The notes beneath the pieces are model-generated. The model saw only the letters and a program-made list of their open reading frames with translations, did no database searches and was not told the DNA's origin. A stretch of DNA of 64,000 nucleotides from Bacteroidia bacterium (GTDB taxonomy: Bacteria; Bacteroidota; Bacteroidia; M30B66). Below, one piece after another: positions 20,588 to 30,641 of this stretch (positions within the stretch are counted from its first letter, which is position 1; every line of letters begins with the position of its first letter). The position numbers and the translations under genes are program-made. The stretch is taken from positions 1,920,001-1,984,000 of the forward strand of contig OZ257142.1 of assembly GCA_965279035.1 (NCBI GenBank). Direction: 5' to 3'.

Positions 20588-23344
20588 TCAATCGTTCGGG
20601 CGAGCGAATATAACGTGATTTAATTTTAATGAATCTCCCAAGTCGATGCGAACCTTGTTTATATGTGCAAACCACCAACTATAATGAATGGAAGGACGGA
20701 TATAATAATGATTTTCTATTTGTGGGATAACCGTAAAATCAATTCCACCATAATCCGAAGAATCCCACATGAAATACGTTTGTATGCTGTGATCTAATTG
20801 CGCTTCTGATTGAATTTGAAAATCGAGAAATACCGGTTTCCCTTGAATCTGTTTTGGAATTTCTATAATGTAAGATGTATTTTTAGATGGAGCCTTTTCA
20901 ACTTTCAATTCAACCGAATTTAAAATGGCAGGACGCCAAAAAGCAGCTTGTTTTTTCATTGATAAATGTTCCCAAAAACGTTCTTCAAAAATAATCGGTG
21001 GAACTTCTATATTTCCCACTTTCTTTTCTTTCCAAATCTCATAACCATTTCGTTTCTCCCAAGGTTGATAGTGGGTGTAGAAATATTCAGCCATGATACT
21101 ATGACGCAATTCATTGGGAACACCATCTGTTTCGTCCCACCAATTGCGAGGTGCATGACGGAATAAAAGAATGGGTGCTTTATAAGTTTGTAAACGCTCA
21201 ATCCAATCCTTTTGTAGACTCAAGGAATGCACATTTTGCGGACTTTGATAAAAGAATGCCGGTACTTCTTTTTCAGCATAGAAATACAACATGGGCGTAT
21301 TTCCAAAATCGATAAATGTTTCGTCGTTCTTTAAATTCGATCTTAAAAATTCAACCAGTTGAAATAAATCCGTAGGAATTTCGTGTACATTCTGTTCTAA
21401 ACGCGGTACCAAGTGATGTGGCAATGCATGCATATGTATTGGACGATTCATTCCCGCCAATAACAAAGCATTTTCAGGTTGTCTTTGAGGATATCGTAAA
21501 AACAACATTTCAATAAACAATATCCCCAAGAAAGTCATCCAACGTCCCGATTCTTTAAATGGAAGTTTTAACGCAATGCATAAGGGCAAAAGAAAAAAGG
21601 CAAACGAAGAGAGGAAATTGTCTTGATTTTCAGCAAATCCATGACGAACAATCCCACGTGGGATATTCACTAAATAAAAAAGTCCGAGAAATAAGACAAT
21701 CAACCAAGGTAAAAGTTGCTTTGTTGTATTCGATTTATTGAGCAATTCTCGCAATGAAAGAACGATACATCCAATCACTAACAAAGGTAGTACTACGTGT
21801 TGCCAAATAAATGGAATGCTTGTTTGATCGCCCATGTATGACAAACCATACGACTGGGTTGAGGATAAATAATCGAGTGATAATCGAAGACTTTTCAACC
21901 AATCAATATCGCGAAGAATACAAATTAGGAGAAGGATGGATGAAAAAGCACACCCCGAAATAATTGTAGGAATGAGAAAACGCCACCGAATTTTTTTCAA
22001 CCAAAGGCTCAATGCAATGAGAAAGAATAAACAAATACACAGAGCAAATGCTAGATCAGCTCGCCAAGGCATTAATAAGACTGTACTTACACCAAAAGCC
22101 CAGGCATTTTTTGTGTTCGGATTTTTCCATTCACTGATTAAAATCAATAGTGGTATAAATGCAAAAATGTAATACGATGATAATGCTGAATCGGCAAATG
22201 GAAAGAGCGCTACGAAATAAAATGAAAGCAAAGTTTTACGCGTAATTACCTGCAAAAGCTGATAACATAGAATAATCCAAATAATCGATTCGAATAGATC
22301 AAACACTAAAAAATCCAATCCCTGATATCCATAAATGAGCTCATACAAAACCCCGAATCCATAATCAGAAACAAAATGCGATGATGCTTTATTTAGTAAA
22401 GGTATTGATTGAAAAAAATGCATCTCCATCAATGGAGTTGCTCGGTTAGCTAATTCAAATAATTCTTTGGGAGCTGTCCCATAAGGCAAATAAAACGTTT
22501 GAATTCCTAAGCCTATGGCTATAATCAACCAAATACGATTGAACATTTTAGGACGAGTGGAAGGCATCCAGTGTTTGTTACGAATGACCAATTCCAACAC
22601 CAACAAAAAGCTGAGATAGAAAAACGTTAAAAGTGCCGGAGCTACATTCGTTCCAGTTTTTAGTAAAAGAAAATAATGGACTTCGGTAACTACAAAAGGA
22701 CTAAAAACACTGAATGATAAAACAAAAGCCCAACTCATTAATTTCCCTGAATCGAGTGTGAATTTTTGCTCAATCACAGTGAGAATTCCAGTAAAACTCA
22801 AAGTCCATATTAGAAAATGTTGCCATGCTGGAATCGAAACGGGAAGCCACCAAAGGAGATTCAACCATAGGATCAAAGTCCAAGCTGCAGCTAAAGGCGC
22901 CGATAAGGTATGTGCCGATTTTCGAGGTAGTTTGCCACTAATGAAAATTCCAATATGAATCGCAACAAACAACAGTGCAAGAGGAATGAGGGCTGGTACA
23001 AATATGCCAGCAATGACTTGGACACAACCTGCTCTAGAAATACTTGAATTGAAACTAGAATAATCTGATTGAGGTTGGAAAAATGAAAACGAAAATGCCA
23101 CATTGGTCAATATCCAACCGACAGAAAAAGCAACTATGTAATAGTAAATATTGAATACACGGGCCGAAATATCAATGCCTTGCATATTCGCTTCTCCTAC
23201 TTGATTGCCCAAATTGGGTATCATTCCAGGATTCATTTCAGGCAAAAACAATGTACTAAATAGCAACGCATAAAATAATGACGTTGGTGAAAAACGAAAA
23301 ATACGGTCTAGAAATTTGAGCGTTGTTTCCATATGAACAATCAA
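20588..23344 (-). CDS. Large polytopic membrane protein, possibly GT-C-like
   Basis: Well over a dozen hydrophobic segments plus a soluble C-terminal domain; 1-bp gap to the GT9 gene. Function inferred only. Confidence 0.6.
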   Translation of the reverse strand: MIVHMETTLKFLDRIFRFSPTSLFYALLFSTLFLPEMNPGMIPNLGNQVGEANMQGIDISARVFNIYYYIVAFSVGWILTNVAFSFSFFQPQSDYSSFNSSISRAGCVQVIAGIFVPALIPLALLFVAIHIGIFISGKLPRKSAHTLSAPLAAAWTLILWLNLLWWLPVSIPAWQHFLIWTLSFTGILTVIEQKFTLDSGKLMSWAFVLSFSVFSPFVVTEVHYFLLLKTGTNVAPALLTFFYLSFLLVLELVIRNKHWMPSTRPKMFNRIWLIIAIGLGIQTFYLPYGTAPKELFELANRATPLMEMHFFQSIPLLNKASSHFVSDYGFGVLYELIYGYQGLDFLVFDLFESIIWIILCYQLLQVITRKTLLSFYFVALFPFADSALSSYYIFAFIPLLILISEWKNPNTKNAWAFGVSTVLLMPWRADLAFALCICLFFLIALSLWLKKIRWRFLIPTIISGCAFSSILLLICILRDIDWLKSLRLSLDYLSSTQSYGLSYMGDQTSIPFIWQHVVLPLLVIGCIVLSLRELLNKSNTTKQLLPWLIVLFLGLFYLVNIPRGIVRHGFAENQDNFLSSFAFFLLPLCIALKLPFKESGRWMTFLGILFIEMLFLRYPQRQPENALLLAGMNRPIHMHALPHHLVPRLEQNVHEIPTDLFQLVEFLRSNLKNDETFIDFGNTPMLYFYAEKEVPAFFYQSPQNVHSLSLQKDWIERLQTYKAPILLFRHAPRNWWDETDGVPNELRHSIMAEYFYTHYQPWEKRNGYEIWKEKKVGNIEVPPIIFEERFWEHLSMKKQAAFWRPAILNSVELKVEKAPSKNTSYIIEIPKQIQGKPVFLDFQIQSEAQLDHSIQTYFMWDSSDYGGIDFTVIPQIENHYYIRPSIHYSWWFAHINKVRIDLGDSLKLNHVIFARPND

Positions 23345-23371
23345 CGCAAGCTAATCAACCTTTGTGAATCT

Positions 23372-23980
23372 TCAGAAGGTCTTCTGAATTCCAATTCCTC
23401 CCGGCGATGCATAAAACAATTTCAACAGCTCATTTAATTCTTTCGAACTGCCCGATTCAACGGCATAAAAACTCAAATCAAACAAAAATAAAAACGCTCC
23501 TTGCAACACTAAACTTCGACCATATCCTCGAAATTGATCATGCTTTTTTATACTTGTCACATTGCGCGCTTTTTCCATCAACAATGCTCCTGTGGCAACA
23601 TACGCGATATCAAGTCCAGTATTAAATAAGAGTGATTTTTCCAACTTCATTTGCTTCTCCAACACCGACATAGGCTCTGAACTTGCAAACTCATTTTTTG
23701 CATTCAAATAACCCAAGGAAGCAATCCCCAAATTCACCGTATTCCACAATACGTTCATCTGATAAAAGTAAACGTCTTCGCCCGTCGATTTAGGCCGTAA
23801 TGCCAAGCCACTTGTCATATTGGCTAAAGACCATGATCCTAAAACCACCATCCCTTTTTTCTGATCTTCAATACGTCGTTGATCAAACAAGATTATCAAA
23901 CTATCGCGTTGACCAAAAACAGAAACGCTCTTCAATCCTAAAAAAACAAACAGGATAGAAATCTTAAAGGAAAAAGACAT
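23372..23980 (-). CDS. Conserved Bacteroidota membrane/exported protein (DUF6992-like)
   Basis: 'GMVVLGSWSLAN', 'FYQMNVLWNTVNLGIA', 'FNTGLDIAY', 'GYGRSLVLQGAFLFLFD'. Confidence 0.65.
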   Translation of the reverse strand: MSFSFKISILFVFLGLKSVSVFGQRDSLIILFDQRRIEDQKKGMVVLGSWSLANMTSGLALRPKSTGEDVYFYQMNVLWNTVNLGIASLGYLNAKNEFASSEPMSVLEKQMKLEKSLLFNTGLDIAYVATGALLMEKARNVTSIKKHDQFRGYGRSLVLQGAFLFLFDLSFYAVESGSSKELNELLKLFYASPGGIGIQKTF

Positions 23981-23982
23981 TC

Positions 23983-25257
23983 CTAGGTTTTTTGTTTTTT
24001 CTTTTTCGCTGCAGGGAAAAGAATATTATTCAATATCAATCGATATCCTGGCGAATTTGGATGCAAGGCTAAATCGGTTGGTGGATCGCCCACCTTATGC
24101 TCATAATCTTCCGGATCGTGCCCACCATAAAACGTCCAGGTTCCTTTTCCATATTCACCATGAATATAGCGAACCTCATTGGCTGCTTTATTTTCGCCCA
24201 TTACCAACACACTGCTCTTCACACTTTTCTTTAAAAATGCGGTGGTTTGCCCCATAAAGCCCTTGATAATTCGTTCATGGTTTTGACATAACATCGTAGG
24301 AACCGGATCCCATTTTGCCGAAAATTCAAACAAAGCAAAATAATCTTCCTTCTCAGGAATACGGCGCGATTGAGTAGCATCGATACTCGAGAATTCGTAC
24401 TCAGCTGGATTTTGACTCAAAATAAAATTCTCAAAAGCAAAACAATTATCTGTGTTGATTTTATTCTGCATATTCGGATCAGCCGGATCGCCATCAAACA
24501 TTTCGGCGCAAATATCAACTCCATCAGCAGCTAAGGCAATATCGTAGCTGTCGGTTGCCGAACACATCGCAAATAAAAATCCTCCGCCTACCGTAAAATC
24601 ACGAATCTTTTTAGCAACCGCTAATTTCAATTCCGAAACCTTGTTAAAACCAAGCTTATGTGCCATGTCCTCGGCACTTTTCTGATTATCAATGTACCAT
24701 TTCTGCGTCCTGTAAGCAGCCCAAAAACGACCATATTGTCCCGTAAAATCTTCATGATGCAAGTGAAGCCAATCGTACAATGGCAACTTATCACTCATTA
24801 TTTCTTCATCGTAAACTATGTCGTACGGAATTTCTGCATACGTTAAAGCCAGTGTTACCGCATCATCCCAAGGTTGTTTGTCTTTAGGCGAATACACAGC
24901 TACTTTGGGCGCTTTTTCCAGTTTTACCGCGTCCATATTCACTTCGGGAGCAGCAATCTCTAGCAATATCGCATTGGCTTGCGCATCAGCAATCGTTTGA
25001 TACGTCACACCACGAATAATGCACTCATTTTCAACCGCCTTCGAATTGCCCACCATGAAACTTCCTCCACGATAATTCACTAGCCAAAATAACTCTAGCT
25101 CATGCTGCAAAATCCAATAAGCAATGCCGTACGATTTCAAATGATTCTGCTGACTTTCATCCATCGGAATCAGGATCGACGCCGATCGCAGGTTTTGGTT
25201 CCCTAAATTCAGGAACAAGAGGAACAACAAGACGATTCGTTTCATATGAGTGTGCAA
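23983..25257 (-). CDS. Conserved exported Bacteroidota protein with class I amidotransferase-like fold (family often labelled 'asparagine synthetase B')
   Basis: Signal peptide; 'QNHLKSYG', 'WDDAVTL', 'WLHLHHEDFTGQYG', 'GGFLFAMCSATD', 'GHDPED'; no AsnB Ntn or synthetase motifs. Confidence 0.75.
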   Translation of the reverse strand: MHTHMKRIVLLFLLFLNLGNQNLRSASILIPMDESQQNHLKSYGIAYWILQHELELFWLVNYRGGSFMVGNSKAVENECIIRGVTYQTIADAQANAILLEIAAPEVNMDAVKLEKAPKVAVYSPKDKQPWDDAVTLALTYAEIPYDIVYDEEIMSDKLPLYDWLHLHHEDFTGQYGRFWAAYRTQKWYIDNQKSAEDMAHKLGFNKVSELKLAVAKKIRDFTVGGGFLFAMCSATDSYDIALAADGVDICAEMFDGDPADPNMQNKINTDNCFAFENFILSQNPAEYEFSSIDATQSRRIPEKEDYFALFEFSAKWDPVPTMLCQNHERIIKGFMGQTTAFLKKSVKSSVLVMGENKAANEVRYIHGEYGKGTWTFYGGHDPEDYEHKVGDPPTDLALHPNSPGYRLILNNILFPAAKKKKQKT

Positions 25258-25318
25258 CGTGAATTGTTGAACGGTATTTTTCAGTATTAGTTCAATTCAA
25301 TAAAAAATGATTCTTTTT

Positions 25319-25496
25319 GGGGCGTAACCTGCTAAAAGCTCCGCACAGCTTCGCATTTATCAGGTCGCGTCTTCCGCTGCTAGTCCTCCTTCGCTTTGAA
25401 TTCTAATTGAAAAACGAAGAGATTTCCATCATCTGTTTTTCAATTTCTGCATTTCATGTGCTCAGTCCGGGCTATTCGCTTCAACCGCTTACGCAA
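25319..25496 (-). ncRNA. Flavo-1-like structured RNA
   Basis: Terminal pairing GCGTAA/TTACGC, ACCTG/CAGGT stem, AGCCC/GGACT stem enclosing an AATTGAAAAAC/GTTTTTCAATT hairpin, two related motifs TGAAGCGAA and GCAGCGGAA; -7 box immediately upstream. Family resemblance is from memory. Confidence 0.7.
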
Positions 25497-25504
25497 ATCC
25501 GTTT

Positions 25505-25512
25505 CAAATATA
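25505..25512 (-). promoter_or_regulatory. -7 box driving the structured RNA and possibly the downstream genes
   Basis: TATATTTG on the minus strand, 10 nt before the GCGTAA that opens the element. Confidence 0.65.
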
Positions 25513-25593
25513 CTGAAGCCTTTCAAGTAAATCTACCTGAACAAATCCTCATTTTAACACCATGTTCCAACAATTTCTAACCAATCAATCTCC

Positions 25594-27177
25594 TTAGAAA
25601 GGAACATTGTCTGGATCCCAAGCATCACCACTACCAGTCTTTGGCGACTGATTCATCTTCGATCCAACCGTTATCGTTTCTTGAACTGAACTGTCAAAAT
25701 TGGTATTGGGCGCTAATCCCGATGGTCGATTTGCTCCACCAAAACTAGAATGATTATCATAATCTGTAAACTTCGCTAAATGTCCAATGTATTTCAGTGG
25801 AACCATACCCAAAGCTCCATTCCGATGTTTGGCAATGTGAATTTCTGCTAAGCCATCGGTCGGTGTTCCGTCTTCGTTTTCATTGATGTTATAATATTCC
25901 GGACGGTAAATAAACATAACCATATCAGCATCTTGCTCAATCGCTCCCGATTCACGTAAATCGCTCAATTGCGGCACTTTTGTTCCTCCGCGTTGCTCCA
26001 CATTACGACTCAATTGCGAAAGTGCAATCACCGGAATTTCCAATTCTTTAGCGATGCCTTTTAATGACCGAGAAATCTGTGAAATTTCTTGTTCTCGATT
26101 TCCACCACCACCACGGTTATCTCCACCAGCCGTCATCAATTGCAAATAATCGATAATGATCATTTGAATATCATGGTTTGCTTTCAATCTACGCGCTTTG
26201 GCTCGCAATTCAAATATCGATAGGGCAGGAGTATCATCAATAAACAAGGGAGCTTCGGTCAATTCCCGAATTTTCGAATCCAATTGATGCCATTCGTGTT
26301 GCTGCAAATCACCTTTCTTGAGTTTCTCTCCGGGTAATTCGGCTTCTCCCGAAATCAAACGCATCACCAACTGCACGCTCGACATCTCCAAGGAAAATAC
26401 AGCAATCGGACGTTTAAATGAAACCGCAGCATTTCGAGCTAATGAAAGTACAAAGGCGGTTTTACCCATACCGGGACGAGCAGCTAAAATCACCAAATCG
26501 GATTTTTGCCAACCTGCTGTAAATCGGTCCAAATCCTTAAATCCGGATGGTACTCCACTCAAACCATCTTGTTGTTGTCCGGCTTTTTCAATCTGTTTCT
26601 TCGCCTCGGTAATGAGTTCGCTCATCTTCGAGAAATTCTTCTTGATATTGCCCTCTGCAACAGCAAATAAATTCTTCTCGGCTTTGTCTAATAATTCAAG
26701 CGCATCGGTACTTTCCTCATACGCATCTTTGATAATCTCACTCGAAACACGAATTAACTCACGTTGAATCTGTTTCTGATTTAAAATCCGTGTATGATAT
26801 TCAATATTCGCTGTAGATGCTACTCGATTCGTTAATGAAGTAATGTAAGGTACACCACCAACCATCTCCAATTCACCACGTTTCTTCAACTCTTGAACAA
26901 CCGTCAAAATATCTACCGGCTTCGATGAGGCAAACAACTCGAATATCGCCCCGAAAATACGCTGATGCTCATCTCGGTAAAACGTATCCGTTTGCAAGGA
27001 ATCAATCACATTGGCCAGAGAATCCCGATCCAACATCAAAGCTCCCAAAACAGCTTCTTCCACATCCACCGCTTGTGGAGGCAATTTGCCAATTCCTGCA
27101 TCATATGGATTTACATTGATACCGGGATAAATGCGTTTTTTTCTGTCGGCGTTGGTTTGAGGAGCGTTCTCTTTCAT
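25594..27177 (-). CDS. dnaB: Replicative DNA helicase
   Basis: 'PPQAVDVEEAVLGALM', 'AARPGMGKT', 'FSLEMS', 'IDYLQLM', 'LSQLSR', 'DLRESGAIEQDAD', 'IAKHRNG'; no intein; -7 box TATATTTG at 27185-27192. Confidence 0.98.
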   Translation of the reverse strand: MKENAPQTNADRKKRIYPGINVNPYDAGIGKLPPQAVDVEEAVLGALMLDRDSLANVIDSLQTDTFYRDEHQRIFGAIFELFASSKPVDILTVVQELKKRGELEMVGGVPYITSLTNRVASTANIEYHTRILNQKQIQRELIRVSSEIIKDAYEESTDALELLDKAEKNLFAVAEGNIKKNFSKMSELITEAKKQIEKAGQQQDGLSGVPSGFKDLDRFTAGWQKSDLVILAARPGMGKTAFVLSLARNAAVSFKRPIAVFSLEMSSVQLVMRLISGEAELPGEKLKKGDLQQHEWHQLDSKIRELTEAPLFIDDTPALSIFELRAKARRLKANHDIQMIIIDYLQLMTAGGDNRGGGGNREQEISQISRSLKGIAKELEIPVIALSQLSRNVEQRGGTKVPQLSDLRESGAIEQDADMVMFIYRPEYYNINENEDGTPTDGLAEIHIAKHRNGALGMVPLKYIGHLAKFTDYDNHSSFGGANRPSGLAPNTNFDSSVQETITVGSKMNQSPKTGSGDAWDPDNVPF

Positions 27178-27436
27178 CGGACGACAAATATACCATTCGT
27201 CGACGGCTTAAAATAGATTGTTTATAAATCTTCTTTGGCTTTGTATGAGCCACTTAATTCAATAAATGGTTTTTGAAAATCAACGCTTTAATCGAAAAAT
27301 TTTGTTTTCTACTTATATAAATTGCATTCGACTCAAGACGATTAAATAGTAAACTGAACGCAATTTTATCGAAGTACAGAAAATGAAAACTATAAATGTC
27401 AAAATTTGGGACTAGTTCAATTAGCCGTTTATTTTT

Positions 27437-28105
27437 TCATGAATCAAATTTTGAATCATCCCATTCAACACCTTCAGGAAAAAGTTCACCTTTTCGTTTT
27501 ATCATTTCAGTAGCAATCAAAGCACTATTTCCGCCTTGTTCATTCAGTTTTGAAATAATAGTGAGATAACTTTCTTTATCTCTATTTTGACTAAGCTTAA
27601 ATACATTTTCAATTTTAGCTGCTTTTATTTCAAAACCAGCAATTGCGGGCATCATTTTATTTAGAAATTGATCAGGCAGATTATCATAAAATGTCAATGA
27701 TTGTGTATTGCCTTTTTCAAATTTCAAGGTCAGTTTTCGCATAAACATTTTCAATTCTTCATCTGACATAAAACGTATTTGTCCAGCAATGTGAACGCTC
27801 ATATAGTTCCATGTTGATCCAATGTGCGGATTGCTATACCAAGAAGCACTTACATAACAACTCGGTCCTGTAAATACAAGCAATGCATTTGGGTTTTCAG
27901 TAAAAGCTTTGTGATGATCTGTATTTCGCATGATATGTCCTTGCAAAAACAACTCACCATTTCGTTCTTCAAGTATAACAGGTATCTGGGTTGCCACTTG
28001 TTCTCCCAATAAAGTACTACCAGTTAAAAAGGCAAATGGATTTTCTTCTATGAAGTCCAATAGTACCTGTTTGTCTTTTTCTTTGAAGTAGGAAAAATGA
28101 TACAT
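27437..28105 (-). CDS. PaiB-like FMN-binding negative transcriptional regulator family protein
   Basis: 'FIEENPFA', 'GHIMRN', 'FTGPSCYVSASWY', 'TWNYMSVH', 'FKLSQNR'. Confidence 0.88.
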   Translation of the reverse strand: MYHFSYFKEKDKQVLLDFIEENPFAFLTGSTLLGEQVATQIPVILEERNGELFLQGHIMRNTDHHKAFTENPNALLVFTGPSCYVSASWYSNPHIGSTWNYMSVHIAGQIRFMSDEELKMFMRKLTLKFEKGNTQSLTFYDNLPDQFLNKMMPAIAGFEIKAAKIENVFKLSQNRDKESYLTIISKLNEQGGNSALIATEMIKRKGELFPEGVEWDDSKFDS

Positions 28106-28282
28106 TTTCTAATTGATTTTTTTGTCTTGTTTTAAATTATCGCAATTGTTTCGAGTACTAATGAGATTCGTATAAGGTGAATTGAACAATTCGTATTGTC
28201 GAATATAAACGAAAAATAAAAGTTTCAAAAATCAATATCCAAAATTGTATTAGTAGTAGCTACTATTTTTACATTCAAATTT

Positions 28283-29806
28283 TCACTCAATCTTCATCCA
28301 TTTCCTAGATAACCGAATTTGTGTTTTCTCGTTTTGTATTTCAACATAATAAATTCCTGATTTTAGATTAAATAATTCATCAGAAATTACAAATGCTCTT
28401 TTAAAATATAGATTATCGAATATTAATTTTCCCTGACTATCTCGAATGATTAACCTCACTGGCAAAGGTAAATCTGTTTTGAAATTCAATTCATTGGTTC
28501 CAGGATTAGGAAATAGATTAAAACTAAATGTTCCTACTTTTTTAATTCCGGTTTCATCATTAAGCCCTAAACTATCGCAAATAGAGCCATCTATTGGTCC
28601 AAGCAAGTGATTGGCTGAATTGGGTGGAGTATAATTAAAACCATAAAATGGTAACTCATAATAATAGGGAATAAACTCTGAGTTTAAACCAAGTTCATTT
28701 GGTTTTTTTAAAATACTGGCATACGGAACATTTGGTGTTGGGGTATATCCCATGCAGCAGAAACCACCTAACATATGCTTAAGGTTTGGAGTTAAACTAA
28801 ATACCCCCAAACTATCAGTAATTATAGTAACTGCTTGTGTTTCAATATCATATTGAAAATTATCAATAATATCAAAATTAGATTGATTTGTTTTAGTCAT
28901 GTATAATTTTGTACCATCTGAACTGAGACTGAATGGTGTAAAATCTGTAAACCATTCATTAATTACAATATTACTAAAATCATAAGTCTGTAAATTACTT
29001 AGTTCACCAGTACAGCGATCAAAGTCGAAAACTTGCAATTCCCGAATATGCCCACCAAACCAATGAACATATTTACTTCCATCGGCACTGAAAGATGCCC
29101 AGCCGAAGCTAACATAAGATGAATCATCATTCGTATAATAAGGTTCTAAAATGAATGAATTCGGACTAAGCAATCCTTTTAAATATTGATTTTTTTTCTG
29201 GCCAAATTTTAATAACCACCAATCTCTGCCATTTGCATGACGGCATGCATCTATGCCTCCCGGTACAGTTGAAATATTTAAGTTATACCTGGTAGTTTCT
29301 TCGATATTATAACCATTTTCATCAACTTTAATTTTAGTAATTGAAAATAAAGTATCAATCCCAACATTATATGGGTTAGATGAGTTTTGGAAATTGCCAC
29401 TATAACTATTGATTAAGTAGTAGTATTTATTATTTATTCTAGGTTTTAAAAAAATAAAACCACGATAAGCAATAATAACTTCATCAAATGGTAATTGAGT
29501 TAATTCCGTTAAAATATTCCCGCTAGAATCAAATAATGTTTTTCCATTAAAAGCCATAAGAAAATTACCCAAAGAATCGGATATTGTAGCTGATCCAAGC
29601 GAAAATGGTGCAGGAAAATATTTGGTGGTAATACTTTCTAATGAATCATCATTAAACTTCATGATACCTGTACCATTCAATCCATCATTTATGCCATCAC
29701 AACCAAATTCAGGGAAACAAGTTCCCCATATCCAATTATAAGCTTCTTTTTGAGCTATTGTAGATGATGAAATGAAAAGAAAAACTAAAAAAGAATATAC
29801 TCTCAT
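28283..29806 (-). CDS. T9SS-secreted protein of unknown function (beta-propeller-like)
   Basis: Signal peptide; 'ACRHANGRDWWLL', 'FSADGSKY', 'FDFDRCTGELSN', 'SSDGTKLY'; CTD 'LFPNPG...SGIYYVEI...KWMK'. Confidence 0.8.
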   Translation of the reverse strand: MRVYSFLVFLFISSSTIAQKEAYNWIWGTCFPEFGCDGINDGLNGTGIMKFNDDSLESITTKYFPAPFSLGSATISDSLGNFLMAFNGKTLFDSSGNILTELTQLPFDEVIIAYRGFIFLKPRINNKYYYLINSYSGNFQNSSNPYNVGIDTLFSITKIKVDENGYNIEETTRYNLNISTVPGGIDACRHANGRDWWLLKFGQKKNQYLKGLLSPNSFILEPYYTNDDSSYVSFGWASFSADGSKYVHWFGGHIRELQVFDFDRCTGELSNLQTYDFSNIVINEWFTDFTPFSLSSDGTKLYMTKTNQSNFDIIDNFQYDIETQAVTIITDSLGVFSLTPNLKHMLGGFCCMGYTPTPNVPYASILKKPNELGLNSEFIPYYYELPFYGFNYTPPNSANHLLGPIDGSICDSLGLNDETGIKKVGTFSFNLFPNPGTNELNFKTDLPLPVRLIIRDSQGKLIFDNLYFKRAFVISDELFNLKSGIYYVEIQNEKTQIRLSRKWMKIE

Positions 29807-29971
29807 GTTTAAACTATTTGTTTCATTTTAACCCCTACTATTGAAAATCCTCATGTTTAAAAATTGAAAATAGCCATACTTCGATTTTAATATAACGAAT
29901 GTTTCAGCGAAAATAAAATGTAACATTAACTAAATATAGCCATCCTATTTTACTCTGTTGAATGTTCGTCT

Positions 29972-30421
29972 TTATTGATCTGATTTTAATTTATTGATTA
30001 ATGCATTTGACAAACGGAAATTGGTTGATTGAATTTTTGTAATAATTTCATCTATGTCAGTGATTAATCCTTTTCTACAAGCTAGGATTAAAATTCCAAG
30101 AGATCCTGTGTATTTTAATTTTAATTCATCAGCAAGGCGCCTTGCCTTTAGATCATCTAATATAAGAAGGCTGTTTTCTATTTCTTTTGATAAGGCAATG
30201 GCTGATGCTTCACCTAGATCAACTATTTCAGAATAGGCATTTACATTTTTTGAATTTTCTGGATCTTTTATTTTAATCCAATCAGGAATTCTCTTTTTGA
30301 ATTCTTCTGCAATTTCAGAGGTAATAGTTACTTGCTGAAATAAATCTCTAAGAATAGTTAATTCACCTATTTTATCAAATAGAATAAGACAGGTAGTATC
30401 AGAGATTATTAAGGTCTGCAT
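29972..30421 (-). CDS. DUF3368 PIN-like domain protein (putative toxin)
   Basis: 'IISDTTCLI', 'DLGEASAIAL', 'LILDDLKARRLA', 'TGSLGIL', 'FRLS'. Confidence 0.85.
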   Translation of the reverse strand: MQTLIISDTTCLILFDKIGELTILRDLFQQVTITSEIAEEFKKRIPDWIKIKDPENSKNVNAYSEIVDLGEASAIALSKEIENSLLILDDLKARRLADELKLKYTGSLGILILACRKGLITDIDEIITKIQSTNFRLSNALINKLKSDQ

Positions 30422-30641
30422 TACGAGTATCGCGATCTATATCTTCAATAGGATAATTAAAAATGGACACACCAAATGTTCCAAGAATTTCTATAAACTC
30501 ACGTTTGTCATAACCTGCTAGTTGAGCAGCTTGCCCAATTGACAGTTTTCCCATTTCATAGAGCTGAGCAGCCATTGCTGTTACAGCCTCCAAATCAGAA
30601 ATGTTGTAATTCTCAGGAAACTCAATAACTATCCTTTTCAT
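30399..30641 (-). CDS. UPF0175 family protein (putative antitoxin)
   Basis: 'AAQLYEMGKLSIGQAAQLAG...FIEIL' HTH pattern; overlaps the DUF3368 start. Confidence 0.85.
   Translation of the reverse strand: MKRIVIEFPENYNISDLEAVTAMAAQLYEMGKLSIGQAAQLAGYDKREFIEILGTFGVSIFNYPIEDIDRDTRNADLNNL

Noticed and set aside
25594-27177. Intein in dnaB
   Set aside because: Normal length with continuous helicase motifs.
28165-28192. dif/pdif-like site GATTCGTATAA-GGTGAA-TTGAACAATTC
   Set aside because: The XerC-like arm matches well, but the normally best-conserved XerD arm (TTATGTTAAAT) does not.
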